A DNA stretch of 31,982 bases from a virus (taxonomy: Duplodnaviria; Caudoviricetes), in IMG/VR virus record IMGVR_UViG_3300037484_000157, positions 1 to 31,982 of that record. One strand, written 5' to 3'. Below the pieces are notes generated by a model, which was not told the DNA's origin, ran no database searches, and was given only the letters and a program-made list of their open reading frames with translations. A program made the position numbers and the translations under genes. This document shows, piece after piece, positions 1 through 8,901 of this stretch (positions are counted from its first letter, which is position 1; each line of letters opens with the position of its first letter).

Positions 1-478
1 CGAAGATGATCTGGTGGCCAGCGCCAGGCGCAGCCACGTCCGCGCCCTGCTCGGTGAAGTTGACGGCGTCGATGTTGGCCGCGTCCGAGCCGATGTCCAC
101 CGGGGCCTCGCTCACCCAGACGCCAGAGCGCCCGACGATGGTGTTGCCCTCGGTGGGGGGGGTCTCGGGAGTGGTATCGGTGTGGGTGGCCGAGAGGAGG
201 TCGTGGGCGCCGACGCCACCGGCCTCCCAGGCTGCCCCGCCTACCCCGTCGGCGGTGAGCACCTGCCCATCGCCCGCCGCCCCGCTCGTCAGGTTCGCCG
301 CGTCGAAGGTGCCGCCGTCGCCAGAGACGCCCGCGTGGGGGTGATCTGGGAGGTTGCGGAGCACGTTCGGGTCGATGAACTGACCCCCACCGATGACCTT
401 CAGCACGAGGTTGCGGTCGATCAGGCTAAGGATGTAGGCGACCTGCTGCCGGAACAGAGAGGGCATCTGCTGGCTCAT
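1..478 (-). CDS. Putative tail fibre/minor tail protein, 3' truncated by the window edge (not in the ORF track)
   Basis: Hand translation from ATG at 478, directly after the upstream TAG (479-481): MSQQMPSLFRQQVAYILSLIDRN...DHPHAGVSGDGG...GQVLTADGVGGAAW...HDLLSATHTDT, open to position 1. GQVLTADG and HxH motifs are typical of fibre shafts. Confidence 0.75.
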   Translation of the reverse strand, partial: MSQQMPSLFRQQVAYILSLIDRNLVLKVIGGGQFIDPNVLRNLPDHPHAGVSGDGGTFDAANLTSGAAGDGQVLTADGVGGAAWEAGGVGAHDLLSATHTDTTPETPPTEGNTIVGRSGVWVSEAPVDIGSDAANIDAVNFTEQGADVAAPGAGHQIIF

Positions 479-3187
479 CTAGGTCATCACCAACCAGTAG
501 GCGACGTGACCGTAGGCCGGCGCGTTGTTTGTGCCATAGACGGCGATTATGTTCTGCTCGCCAGGCAATAGGATCGCAGGATCAACAGCATTCCCGGAAT
601 CGGGGATACTGTTAGAGACAACGGATACACCATTGATCCAGAAGCCGGTAATAACGTCGTCCGCATCGTAGTAGAGAGTCGCGGAAGCAATCACGCCATC
701 AGGTAACGTAAACTTGTGGCGGAACAGGCAGGATACCCCGACGGTTGGCGCGGCCGTATACCAGATGCGGTAGACTGAGGGGTCGAATGGATGCTGTCCC
801 CCTTCGCGCTCGACGGCGTCGCTCCAGCCTGAGTCGTCGAAGGCGAGTTCCTTCCAGCCAGCAGGTTCCGAGCCTAGCTGGAAGCACTTGATAAGCGGGT
901 TGATCGCCGTGGTTGTAGATGGGATGTTCGTCGGCGTGAATGGCACGACGAAGGGCGCCGAGCCGTAGCCCGCCATCAGCGTCTTACCGGCCCGCTCCAA
1001 GTACCAGTTGTAGCCGCCGTCGAACGTCTTGTAGAGGCCGGAGGCGCAAGAGGCCCACAGGATCAGGGGCTCGGTGCCATCCCTGAGCAAGTGGAAGCAC
1101 TCGCCGCCGCCGATGGTGGCGATGTGGGTAAGCTCGGTGGAACCCGGCGCCTTCCGGTAGAACTTCCCGGTCTCGTCGGCGGCGTAGAGGATGTCCTCCA
1201 GAATGTGGTGCGTGAGGCCGCCCAGGCGCTGGGGGACGTGCCCCGCCTCGAAGGTGAGCGGGAAGCCGTCGTTGCGCTTGACCTGGACGTTGCCCGCGCC
1301 GTCGTCGCCGGCGGCGTAGTGGGCGAAGAAGGATAGCGCCAGCCGCTTGGCGGTGTAGCCAGCGTCGAGTTGCCACATGACTGAGCCCGAGGCGATAACC
1401 TGGTTGCCGACCAGCGCCCAGACGACGTTGTCCCAGGCGTAGACCACCCAGTTCACCGGCAGGCCGAACTGATAGACCTTGGTCCAGGTGGAGGCGGCGA
1501 GAGAGGAGGCGTTCAGGGTAGTCCAGACCGCTCCGTCCGCGAGGCCAACAGCCACCTTGTCGGCGTCCACCTCGTTGATCCAGATTGCGTTTACCGCAGC
1601 CGCAAAGGTATGGATGAGCACCGTGGCGGTGGCTAGATAGTCGTCTGTCCTGACCAGGGTGGATCCCACTGCGAAGTAGCTATGGTTCAGCCCGGCGATC
1701 TCCGGCGTGGCGACCGCGTTGTCGGTGACGGTGTTCCAGGTGGACCCACTATCCGGCGTCGCCGCGGCGTCGGTCTCCAGGGCGAGGTACAACTGCCGGC
1801 CCTCGACCTCGTCGGAGTCGTGCGCTGGCAGAGAGACCGTAGCCGTGTCCGTCTCAGCACTCGCGTTCGTCACGACCAGGGTCACGATGCAGGGCGCGTC
1901 GAGTTCTGCCTCGGTCAGGACGAAGGTGTAAGTGATCGCCGTCGAAGTGTCTGCCGTCTGGTCGTTGCTCCAGGCGTAAGTCAGGGCCGACCCATCAGGG
2001 CTGCTGCTCGCCGACCCGTCGCAGTAGACGATGTAATGAACGGCCGCACCCCCGCCCATGTCGAACTTCTCGACGACGATCTTGAAGGTGAAGTCGGCTC
2101 TCGGAATGTAGACCGGGTAGCCCGCCTCGCCCGCGCCGCCGTAGAGGGTCAGCCACATCCAGTAACCGCGCTGCGAATACTCCTCGTCGATCTCGCCCAG
2201 CCAGAGCATCTCGTGGTCTATCGGCACCGAGAGCCCGAGGGCCGTCAGCTCGATCGTGTCCGATGCCTGAAGTAGCGGGTTGCCCGGCACCCGGATCCGC
2301 ACCCGCCGGGTGATGCGGTTCACCGAGGGCATCCAGATGAGGGCCACTTCCGCCGCCTCGGCGTCCGACTCGATCAGATCGTTTGGTACTTCCTGAATCT
2401 CGTCGTAGCCCGAGCGCACGTAGGGACTGTCCGCCCGGCGGGTGGCCGTGGCATCATCCAGGCCCGTAACCTCGACTCGGTTGCGCACGGTCCGAATCGT
2501 GGTCGGGTTGTCGATCTCCAGCACTTCGCCGGGGTAGTCGTAGGACCAGGCGGCCGAGGCAGCCGGCAGAGCCGTGATCGTCTCCCGTCTGACCTTGCCC
2601 GAGGGCAGCCAGTCGAAGGTGAGGTCGAGGTGAGCGTGGTCGATCCGCTGGATGAGGCTCAGGTAGGGCTGTCGCGCGCCCAGGGCCACGTCCTCGACCG
2701 TGCCCAGCGTCGTGTCGTCGCCCCGGATGTCCACGTCGGTCACACCGGCGGACGCGAGAATGGCGGTCACCATCGAGCGCGTGCCCGCGCCGCCGGGGGC
2801 TGTGGCGTAGGTCACGGCAATCGGCGTCTTGCTCTCAGTGAAGCGGAGGAAACCCACCGCCTTGACCGTCCGGCGCTGCGGCCAGGCCCGGGCGCCGTCG
2901 TCCTCGACGTAGCCGGTGAAGCGACGGCGTCTGACGGTGCTCGAGACGGCGACCCAGCCGAGGTCCACCTCGACCCGCTGCCGATAGGCGAGCCAGGGAG
3001 GCCGAGTCACGAGCTCGAGGTCGCAGGTGGCGACCACGTTGCCGCCGCCCTCAGTCGGGAGTCCGAACCCGTGGCGGATCCGGCAGCGGACGCCCATGAC
3101 CCGCCGCCCGTCGATGGCGACGAACGACCACGGCCGGTGCTTGCGGGCCGTGATCGCCGCTATCTCCGAGGCCGTCGCGTTCGTCAC
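479..3187 (-). CDS. Large tail-tip/baseplate hub protein (902 aa) with PKD/Ig-like, beta-propeller-like and C-terminal jelly-roll-like regions
   Basis: Position after Dit-like gene. N-terminal hub-like motifs (FTGYV, VRNRVEVTG, PGNPLLQASDTIEL); PKD-like DGSASSSPDG..LTYAWS; BNR-like TPDSGSTW and KTFDGGYNW; C-terminal FRHKFTLP..ATLYYDADD..FWING. Confidence 0.8.
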   Translation of the reverse strand: MTNATASEIAAITARKHRPWSFVAIDGRRVMGVRCRIRHGFGLPTEGGGNVVATCDLELVTRPPWLAYRQRVEVDLGWVAVSSTVRRRRFTGYVEDDGARAWPQRRTVKAVGFLRFTESKTPIAVTYATAPGGAGTRSMVTAILASAGVTDVDIRGDDTTLGTVEDVALGARQPYLSLIQRIDHAHLDLTFDWLPSGKVRRETITALPAASAAWSYDYPGEVLEIDNPTTIRTVRNRVEVTGLDDATATRRADSPYVRSGYDEIQEVPNDLIESDAEAAEVALIWMPSVNRITRRVRIRVPGNPLLQASDTIELTALGLSVPIDHEMLWLGEIDEEYSQRGYWMWLTLYGGAGEAGYPVYIPRADFTFKIVVEKFDMGGGAAVHYIVYCDGSASSSPDGSALTYAWSNDQTADTSTAITYTFVLTEAELDAPCIVTLVVTNASAETDTATVSLPAHDSDEVEGRQLYLALETDAAATPDSGSTWNTVTDNAVATPEIAGLNHSYFAVGSTLVRTDDYLATATVLIHTFAAAVNAIWINEVDADKVAVGLADGAVWTTLNASSLAASTWTKVYQFGLPVNWVVYAWDNVVWALVGNQVIASGSVMWQLDAGYTAKRLALSFFAHYAAGDDGAGNVQVKRNDGFPLTFEAGHVPQRLGGLTHHILEDILYAADETGKFYRKAPGSTELTHIATIGGGECFHLLRDGTEPLILWASCASGLYKTFDGGYNWYLERAGKTLMAGYGSAPFVVPFTPTNIPSTTTAINPLIKCFQLGSEPAGWKELAFDDSGWSDAVEREGGQHPFDPSVYRIWYTAAPTVGVSCLFRHKFTLPDGVIASATLYYDADDVITGFWINGVSVVSNSIPDSGNAVDPAILLPGEQNIIAVYGTNNAPAYGHVAYWLVMT

Positions 3188-3603
3188 GTGACCGTTGCCC
3201 CCTCCAGCCGGAACGTGAGCTCCAGTTCGTACCAGCGGGCAGCCGCGAGCGTGCCGGAGTTTGCGCCCATGACCGTCTTGCGCCGGCGCCTGGCCCGGTC
3301 GAGGCGCACGCCGGCATAGACGTCGCTCTCGGTCGTGTCGTCGAAGTCGGTGTAGCCGACCGTGAGAGTCCGGGGGTTCTCGCCGACCGAGCCTTCGAGG
3401 GCCGCGGCGTCGGCCTCGGTGTTGACCCGCACCGTCCAGGTGACTACCCGGTCGCCTAGCCCGCCGTACTGCACCTCGTCGTAGTCAGACTCCGGGTAGT
3501 GCTCGGCGTTGGTATAGGACTCGCGCTCCCAGTCGGGGATCCAGCCCTCGTCGTCGGAGACGAGGTCGGCGGTCACCCCGTTGTAGGTGATCTGGCCGCC
3601 CAT
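3184..3603 (-). CDS. Putative distal tail (Dit-like) protein
   Basis: 139 aa, directly after the tape measure gene (1-nt overlap); ends in beta-strand ELELTF. Assigned mainly by synteny. Confidence 0.6.
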   Translation of the reverse strand: MGGQITYNGVTADLVSDDEGWIPDWERESYTNAEHYPESDYDEVQYGGLGDRVVTWTVRVNTEADAAALEGSVGENPRTLTVGYTDFDDTTESDVYAGVRLDRARRRRKTVMGANSGTLAAARWYELELTFRLEGATVT

Positions 3604-6287
3604 CAGCGCACACCTCCCCGGCGCGTCGCCTCGAAGTCGTCGGTGAGGACTGCCCAGATCTTCCGGGCCAGGCGGTCCTCGTCGGCCTCGTCGCGGACCG
3701 TCACGCTGCCGATGAGGGGCGCGTTGAGGACGATGGACCGACCGCCAGCGGTGGAGGCGACCGCGCCGAAGGGCAGGATGTCGCCGGCCCTCTGCGGTCT
3801 GAATAGCTCCGGCCCGCGCTCGCCGACGAGGAAGCTGGAACCAGGCCAGACCGGGCCGCCGCCCTGGCGCGAGTTAGGGGGCGGGATGGACCTCGGATAA
3901 GGAGCCGTCGGAGCCAGTAGGTTGTTGAGGCCACGGAGCGGGTTGACGATGCTCGCTATCTGTGCGTTGAACTGAGCGAGCTTGGCCCGGGTTGGCGCGA
4001 GGACGTAGGTGTCAAACAGGCTCTCGATGGCGGACTTGATCGTGTTGCCGACGAGAGAGGGCAGACTGAGGAAGATCGTCTTGAGGAAGTCGACCAGGGC
4101 GTCTTGCATCTGACCCCGGATGTGCGGTAGGTTGGCGCTGAACTGGTTGTAGAACTCCTCGACGATGCCCTGAGCGAACTCGAGGAGCGCCTGGATTACG
4201 TCGCCGGTCACGAGGAAGATGCCCGCGATGGCCTTGAGTATCGTCGTGGCGGTCTCCGGCTTGGTGATGAGGTCCACCAGGGCGTTCTGTGCGACCACGA
4301 ACATGCCGCCGAGGAACCTGCCGACCTGACGACCGAGGGCATTCCAGTCCATCTCGGCGAACCAGTTGCCGAGCGAGATCGTGACCTGCGGGGCCTTGGC
4401 CCAGATCGCCGGCCAGTTCAGCCCGGCCCACACCTCTTCGAGCGTCGCCTGGACTCGCGGTTGTAGCTCCCGGATCTTCTGTTCGAGTCCGCTGGCGAAG
4501 TCCCGGATGCTGTTCCAGACACCGGCCCAGTCGATGCTAGCCCAGACTCCAGCTATCCAGTTGCCGACGGCCCCGGCGAGTCCGGCGATCTTCGCCTCCA
4601 GGCCGTTGGCGAAGTTTCCTGCCGCCGCCCAGATGCTCGTCCAGTCGATAGCTGCCCATTGCTGGCCTAGCCAGGTAGCTACGTCGCCGGCGATGCTGAC
4701 ACCCGCCCGAATCAGGCCCTCGCCGATGCCCCGGATTGCCCCCCAGATGCCGGCCCAGTCGATGCTCGAGAACTGCTGGCCCAGCCAGGTGCCGATGCTC
4801 GTGGCGATGCTGAGTGCCGACCTGATGAGGCCTTCGCCCACGCCGCGCACGGCACCCCAGACGGCTCCCCAGTCGATGCTTGACCACTGCCTAGCCAGCC
4901 AGCCAACCACGCTCGACCCGATGTTGAGGGCGGATCGTGCGAGTCCTTCGCCCACTCCCTTGACGGCTGACCAGATGGCGGCCCAGTCGATCTTCGCCCA
5001 CTGAGCGCGAAGCCAGTCCGTGACCTCCATCTGGATCGCCATCACCCGCATCATCGTGCCGACCCCGGTGACGGAACGCCAGACCCGTCCCCAGTCGATC
5101 TTCCGAAACTCGTCAGCCAGCCAGCTCGTGATGTACTGCGCGACGCCAGGCAAGCCCTCCTGCTGGAGCACCTGGCCGATCTCGATCCAGTTGTCGTGGA
5201 ACTGGTCAACGAAGTCGCTCACGGCCCGGATGCCGCCCTTCAGGCCGCGAACGAACTGGTCGATCACCGGACCGAAGTCGCCGAACCACTCGCGCATCAG
5301 GTCTCGGGTGTTGGCGGGATCCAGATACTTGAGGAAGTCACGCACAGCCCGCCCGGCCGCCTTGAAGGCGTTGACTACCGAGGCCACGCCTCGGGCCATG
5401 CCCTGTGCGAACGCCTGTAGCCCTGCCTTCGCTGCCGGGCTGCCCAGGAGGTCGAGCACGCCCTTGAGGGAGTCTTTCAGCACATCGAAGATTGGCGCCA
5501 TGATCGTCCGCTTGGCCATGCCGAACCAGTCGGAGAGGTTCGACATCATCCCCTCGAAGGTCTCGGACTGAGCCTTCATCATGCCGCCGAACTTCTCGCG
5601 GACGTGTCTCTCCAGGATGCTGAACGCCTCGCGGGCGGGCGTGAGCAGTTCCCCCGACTTGCTGAACTGGAGGCCCCAGGACGCCATCTGCTCGCGCGTG
5701 GCGATGCCAAGCTCCTGGAAGCGCTGGATAGCCTCCCCCGTAGCACCACTGGCGAACCGCCCGAAGGCGCTGGCGATCTCCTCGAAGCTGGCCCCGGTGC
5801 CGGAGGCCACGTCGCCCACGGTCTCTCTAATCTGCTCAGCACTCACCTTGAACCGGGCGAACGTGTCCTGAGCATCTAGCCCGAAAGCGGTGAGAATCTT
5901 GTCGGCGCGGACCACCTCTGGCAGCTCGAAGGGCGTCCGCGCCCCGAACTCGGCCAGCTCCTGTAGCCGGTCCTTTGCCGCCTTCGCGCTGCCTAGCAGC
6001 ACGCCGAACTGCGTCTCGTAGCGCTCGAACTCGGCGTTGCCGGCGACCATCCCCTGCGCCAGCGAGGCGACGCCCTGGGCTAGCTGCTGGATGCCGAAGA
6101 CGCCCATGCCGATCTTGCCGAGGCCGTCCACCAGGCCGGTGAGCCGCGACCCGAAGCCGGAGAGCTGGGCGCTCGATCGCTGCGCCTGAGCGCCGACCTC
6201 GGCGAGGCCCTTGGCCGCCGCGTCGAGGGCCGGCTTCGCCTGGTTGCTCGCGGTGATTACGACCTCAACTTTGTTGCGGCTCGGCAT
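3603..6287 (-). CDS. Tape measure protein (894 aa)
   Basis: Tape-measure N-terminal motif (LAEFGARTPFELPEV, TFEGMMSNLSD), Ala/Gly/Trp-rich helical repeats, C-terminal GGPV..FLVGERGPELF motif; follows tail chaperones. Confidence 0.95.
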   Translation of the reverse strand: MPSRNKVEVVITASNQAKPALDAAAKGLAEVGAQAQRSSAQLSGFGSRLTGLVDGLGKIGMGVFGIQQLAQGVASLAQGMVAGNAEFERYETQFGVLLGSAKAAKDRLQELAEFGARTPFELPEVVRADKILTAFGLDAQDTFARFKVSAEQIRETVGDVASGTGASFEEIASAFGRFASGATGEAIQRFQELGIATREQMASWGLQFSKSGELLTPAREAFSILERHVREKFGGMMKAQSETFEGMMSNLSDWFGMAKRTIMAPIFDVLKDSLKGVLDLLGSPAAKAGLQAFAQGMARGVASVVNAFKAAGRAVRDFLKYLDPANTRDLMREWFGDFGPVIDQFVRGLKGGIRAVSDFVDQFHDNWIEIGQVLQQEGLPGVAQYITSWLADEFRKIDWGRVWRSVTGVGTMMRVMAIQMEVTDWLRAQWAKIDWAAIWSAVKGVGEGLARSALNIGSSVVGWLARQWSSIDWGAVWGAVRGVGEGLIRSALSIATSIGTWLGQQFSSIDWAGIWGAIRGIGEGLIRAGVSIAGDVATWLGQQWAAIDWTSIWAAAGNFANGLEAKIAGLAGAVGNWIAGVWASIDWAGVWNSIRDFASGLEQKIRELQPRVQATLEEVWAGLNWPAIWAKAPQVTISLGNWFAEMDWNALGRQVGRFLGGMFVVAQNALVDLITKPETATTILKAIAGIFLVTGDVIQALLEFAQGIVEEFYNQFSANLPHIRGQMQDALVDFLKTIFLSLPSLVGNTIKSAIESLFDTYVLAPTRAKLAQFNAQIASIVNPLRGLNNLLAPTAPYPRSIPPPNSRQGGGPVWPGSSFLVGERGPELFRPQRAGDILPFGAVASTAGGRSIVLNAPLIGSVTVRDEADEDRLARKIWAVLTDDFEATRRGGVR
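4400..5110 (-). repeat. Tandem ~114-bp (38-aa) repeats inside the tape measure gene, 6-7 units
   Basis: Recurring IDWxxxW: KIDWGRVW, KIDWAAIW, SIDWGAVW, SIDWAGIW, AIDWTSIW, SIDWAGVW, GLNWPAIW. The + strand ccagtcgat recurs at about 4527, 4641, 4755, 4869, 4983 and 5091. Confidence 0.9.
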
Positions 6288-6543
6288 CCTTCAGCCCTCG
6301 CTTGTGCCTCTCGAACTTGGCACGCAGTCCGCCAAGCCCGCCGCCCTTGCCGCCCTGCTCGAAGCGTCTGATCCTAGCCTCCGTCGAGAGTAGCGCGAGG
6401 TGTACCCGCACTATCGCCGCGTCCTCTTCCAGCAACTCCGAGGGCCGGCAGTGGTACACGTCTCGGCAGAGCTGGAGCACGGTATACTCCCACGGCACCT
6501 GCCCCTTGCCCGTAAAGAGGGCGGCGAGCAGGGCATCAGTCAG
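6265..6543 (-). CDS. Tail assembly chaperone C-terminal extension (gpT-like), reached by -1 frameshift
   Basis: The -1 frame is open from the slippery site: LTDALLAALFTGKGQVPWEYTVLQLCRDVYHCRPSELLEED... It contains track ORF 6265..6498 and lies between chaperone and tape measure. Confidence 0.85.
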   Translation of the reverse strand: MTDALLAALFTGKGQVPWEYTVLQLCRDVYHCRPSELLEEDAAIVRVHLALLSTEARIRRFEQGGKGGGLGGLRAKFERHKRGLKDAEPQQS

Positions 6544-6869
6544 TTTTTTACCTGCGCCTCGGATGGTCCCTGGAGGATGCCCATAAGGAGATTCGTCTCC
6601 TCGTCGGTCAATCTCTCCAGGACCGCTGGATCAGTGCCGGGCTGTGGCAGCGGCGCGCCATCGTCGTCGACCCAGTTCCACCCGACGATAAGCTCGGCCA
6701 TCAGTCTCAAGCCGCGTCGTGCCTGCTCTATCTGGGTGTCTTCCTTCCCGTCACCATTGGCCTGATAAGCCAGCCACTTGCCCATTTCCAGACGGTGGAC
6801 CTTGACCCAGGAGTCGTCGCCCTGAACCGTCGGCGTCGGCACCTGCCGGATTGCCTTGCGCTGTGGCAT
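6540..6869 (-). CDS. Tail assembly chaperone (gpG-like, 109 aa)
   Basis: IVGWNWVDDDGAPLP motif, ends VKN at the slippery site, follows tail tube. Confidence 0.88.
   Translation of the reverse strand: MPQRKAIRQVPTPTVQGDDSWVKVHRLEMGKWLAYQANGDGKEDTQIEQARRGLRLMAELIVGWNWVDDDGAPLPQPGTDPAVLERLTDEETNLLMGILQGPSEAQVKN
6543..6549 (-). other. Programmed -1 ribosomal frameshift heptamer A AAA AAC
   Basis: Minus strand GTA AAA AAC TGA at the chaperone end; X XXY YYZ consensus at the lambda G/GT position. Confidence 0.88.
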
Positions 6870-6893
6870 ACTCCATTCCCCTCCTATTGCCCA

Positions 6894-6919
6894 GCGGAGA
6901 GGGCGGTTGCCCTCCCCGC
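6894..6919 (-). terminator. GC-rich stem-loop after the tail tube gene (no U-tract; terminator or mRNA-stabilising hairpin)
   Basis: Minus strand GCGGGGAGGGC-AACC-GCCCUCUCCGC: 11-bp stem with one G-U pair, intergenic. Confidence 0.55.
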
Positions 6920-6926
6920 CGCTGTA

Positions 6927-7379
6927 CTACGAGCCTACGACCGCCCAGGTGAATGCGCCGGTCGGGCGCAGAGCCGCCTCGACAATGATTGGGTCGGGGT
7001 TCCCAGCCTCATCGGGGATTCGCAGGTTTGCCAGCAGCATCTCGAACGAGTACCGATCGGAACCAGGGGTGTCGTCAGGGATGCTGACCTGGAAGGTTCT
7101 CGCCGTCTTGGGATGGTTGAAGTACCAGTCCAGCAACATGTAGAGTGACTCATTGTCGGCCTGGCTGTAGACCACCCGCCAGGTGACGTTACCGTCCCGA
7201 CCGCAGGCCGCCCGCACCGGGAAGTCCGTGCCGAAAGTCCGCAGGCCATCCCCGACGTTCTGAATGAACTCCTGATCCACTGCGCTAGACGAGCCGGTGA
7301 CATCCTGGAGGACACCATTCTCGTCGTCCAGCTTGACAGTCGTGTCGCAGCTATTCACTTGACTAGTGGTCTGGCTCAC
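6927..7379 (-). CDS. Major tail tube protein (150 aa)
   Basis: Size, acidic beta-rich sequence, strong GAGGAGG RBS, position directly before the chaperone pair. Ends ...WAVVGS. Confidence 0.85.
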   Translation of the reverse strand: MSQTTSQVNSCDTTVKLDDENGVLQDVTGSSSAVDQEFIQNVGDGLRTFGTDFPVRAACGRDGNVTWRVVYSQADNESLYMLLDWYFNHPKTARTFQVSIPDDTPGSDRYSFEMLLANLRIPDEAGNPDPIIVEAALRPTGAFTWAVVGS

Positions 7380-8053
7380 GGTTGTCCGCCTCCTCGCTTA
7401 GAGGGGCTGCCGCCCCCGCTTTTCCCATACTTCGCTCGTCTCGTAGCAGCGATCTTCAGCCGAGTCTGAACTGTCTGGGGATGCGACTGCCCCTTCTTAG
7501 CTTGCGCTATCTTCCTCCTCGTCTCCTCGCCCTGATTCCTGCCAATCTGCCGCTGTGCGACCTTGGTGACATGCTCTGGCGACTTTGGCTTGCCTCTGAG
7601 TGCAGCCGCGATCTTGGCCCGATGTTCCGGCGCCTGGCTGCGTCCGCGCTTGGCCGCGGCCATCTTCGCCCGAGTTTGTTGGCTGACCTCGCGCCCACAG
7701 ACCGCTGCCCTCACTGCTGCGATCCGCCTTGCATTTGCCTCCGGGGACATGTGATGGCCCGGCCGGCTGCCGCCACGTCCACCATCCGAGCCGTTCGTGA
7801 GTCGGGCACCGCCCGTCTCAAAGTGGGCTATCCAGTCGCGTTCGGCCTGCTGCCAGTCATCATCTGGCACATCTGCCAGAATCACTGTCGCCGGCGTCAC
7901 GCCCTTGGCGAGAAGAGACCGTATCCACCGCCCTCGGTAACTCTCATCCGTAGCCCGGAGATGGTCATAGAGACGCCTTCGTAGGTCCGTCGTCTTGCCG
8001 ACATATCGGACCTCTCGCGTCTCGGGATCCACCAGGCCGTAGATGATCGCCAC
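7376..8053 (-). CDS. GIY-YIG homing endonuclease with NUMOD3-like repeats
   Basis: IIYGLVDP..VRYVGKT..RRL..H, AERDWI, LTNGSDGG, then repeated (S/T)xExRxKIAxAxxG units. Confidence 0.9.
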   Translation of the reverse strand: MAIIYGLVDPETREVRYVGKTTDLRRRLYDHLRATDESYRGRWIRSLLAKGVTPATVILADVPDDDWQQAERDWIAHFETGGARLTNGSDGGRGGSRPGHHMSPEANARRIAAVRAAVCGREVSQQTRAKMAAAKRGRSQAPEHRAKIAAALRGKPKSPEHVTKVAQRQIGRNQGEETRRKIAQAKKGQSHPQTVQTRLKIAATRRAKYGKSGGGSPSKRGGGQP

Positions 8054-8103
8054 CCTTCATCCCCTCTCACTCACCGGCCCGTCCCACGGGCCAACTTGCC
8101 GCA

Positions 8104-8442
8104 TCAGCGGCGGCGCTCGTCTGGCGGCCGTAGCCAGTCCAGCAGTTCGGCCTGCCACCTCCTCACCAGGCTCGGCCCCACCCCGCAGTGCCGGGCCACC
8201 TCGTCGACGTCCGCCTCGATTGCCTGGCAGGCGTCGGTAATCCCGATCTCGCCGAGCCGCTTGCCCCGATGCTGCCAGCCGGGCAGTATCGCCAAGGGCG
8301 GCGGCGCGACCGGCAGCAGCACATTCCGAGCAAGTAGGGCAGTCTTGCTCTTAGCCGACAGGTCGCTCTCCCGGAGGATGCTGCCCCGCCGAAGCGTCCC
8401 GTTCGGCATCGCCAGGTCCACCCGCGCTCGGTAGAGCGTCAT
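8104..8442 (-). CDS. Hypothetical protein (112 aa), possible helix-hairpin-helix C-terminus
   Basis: Start reassigned to ATG 8442 (MTLYRAR), overlapping the upstream TGA; LPGW..RGKRLGEIGITD..A..EAD..EVA..CGVG resembles HhH. Confidence 0.65.
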   Translation of the reverse strand: MTLYRARVDLAMPNGTLRRGSILRESDLSAKSKTALLARNVLLPVAPPPLAILPGWQHRGKRLGEIGITDACQAIEADVDEVARHCGVGPSLVRRWQAELLDWLRPPDERRR

Positions 8443-8900
8443 CAGCCCACCCTGACCGTGATCTCGAATCTGACGCCGTAGTAGCGCACCTCGCCACCCG
8501 CACCGCCCCTGACGAACTCGGTCAGCGCCCAACTCCACCAGAAGTCCTGGATGCTGCTGTTCCCGAAGAATGGCTTGGTCTTCTGGCTCTCTAGCTGCTG
8601 CTGAACGGTGTCCTGCATTGTGATTGCCGAGAGCACGTCCAGGTCCAGGTGACTCCGCTGCCGGCAGAGCACGTCGGCGTTGACGATCATCTCCGCCATT
8701 CGCCTGACCGACTTGAACGTGTAGCGGCTGTTAGAGGTCATCGCGTCCGTATTGCCGCTCGCCGGCCAGATCTGCAGGCAGGGCAGGTCCAGCGGCGCGT
8801 CCTGAAGCTCGTCGGTGGACTGGCTGCGGATCAGCCCGGTCGCGTGCTCGAGCACGTCCTCGATGGCGTCGCAGATCTCCAGCAGCGTCACGTTCGCCAA
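8442..8900 (-). CDS. Putative tail terminator/tail completion protein
   Basis: 152 aa, position after gp10-like gene; ICDAIEDVL..PCLQIWP..YYGVRFEITV pattern. Confidence 0.65.
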   Translation of the reverse strand: MANVTLLEICDAIEDVLEHATGLIRSQSTDELQDAPLDLPCLQIWPASGNTDAMTSNSRYTFKSVRRMAEMIVNADVLCRQRSHLDLDVLSAITMQDTVQQQLESQKTKPFFGNSSIQDFWWSWALTEFVRGGAGGEVRYYGVRFEITVRVG

Positions 8901-8901
8901 G

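Noticed and set aside
479-720. Diversity-generating retroelement variable region at the tail-tip C-terminus
   Set aside because: No reverse transcriptase or template repeat seen in the window; low GC alone is insufficient.
4400-5110. CRISPR-like periodic repeats
   Set aside because: Degenerate, in-frame coding repeats within the tape measure; no identical repeat-spacer structure or cas genes.
7376-8103. Group I intron around the GIY-YIG gene
   Set aside because: Flanking genes are complete and there is too little non-coding sequence for a ribozyme core.
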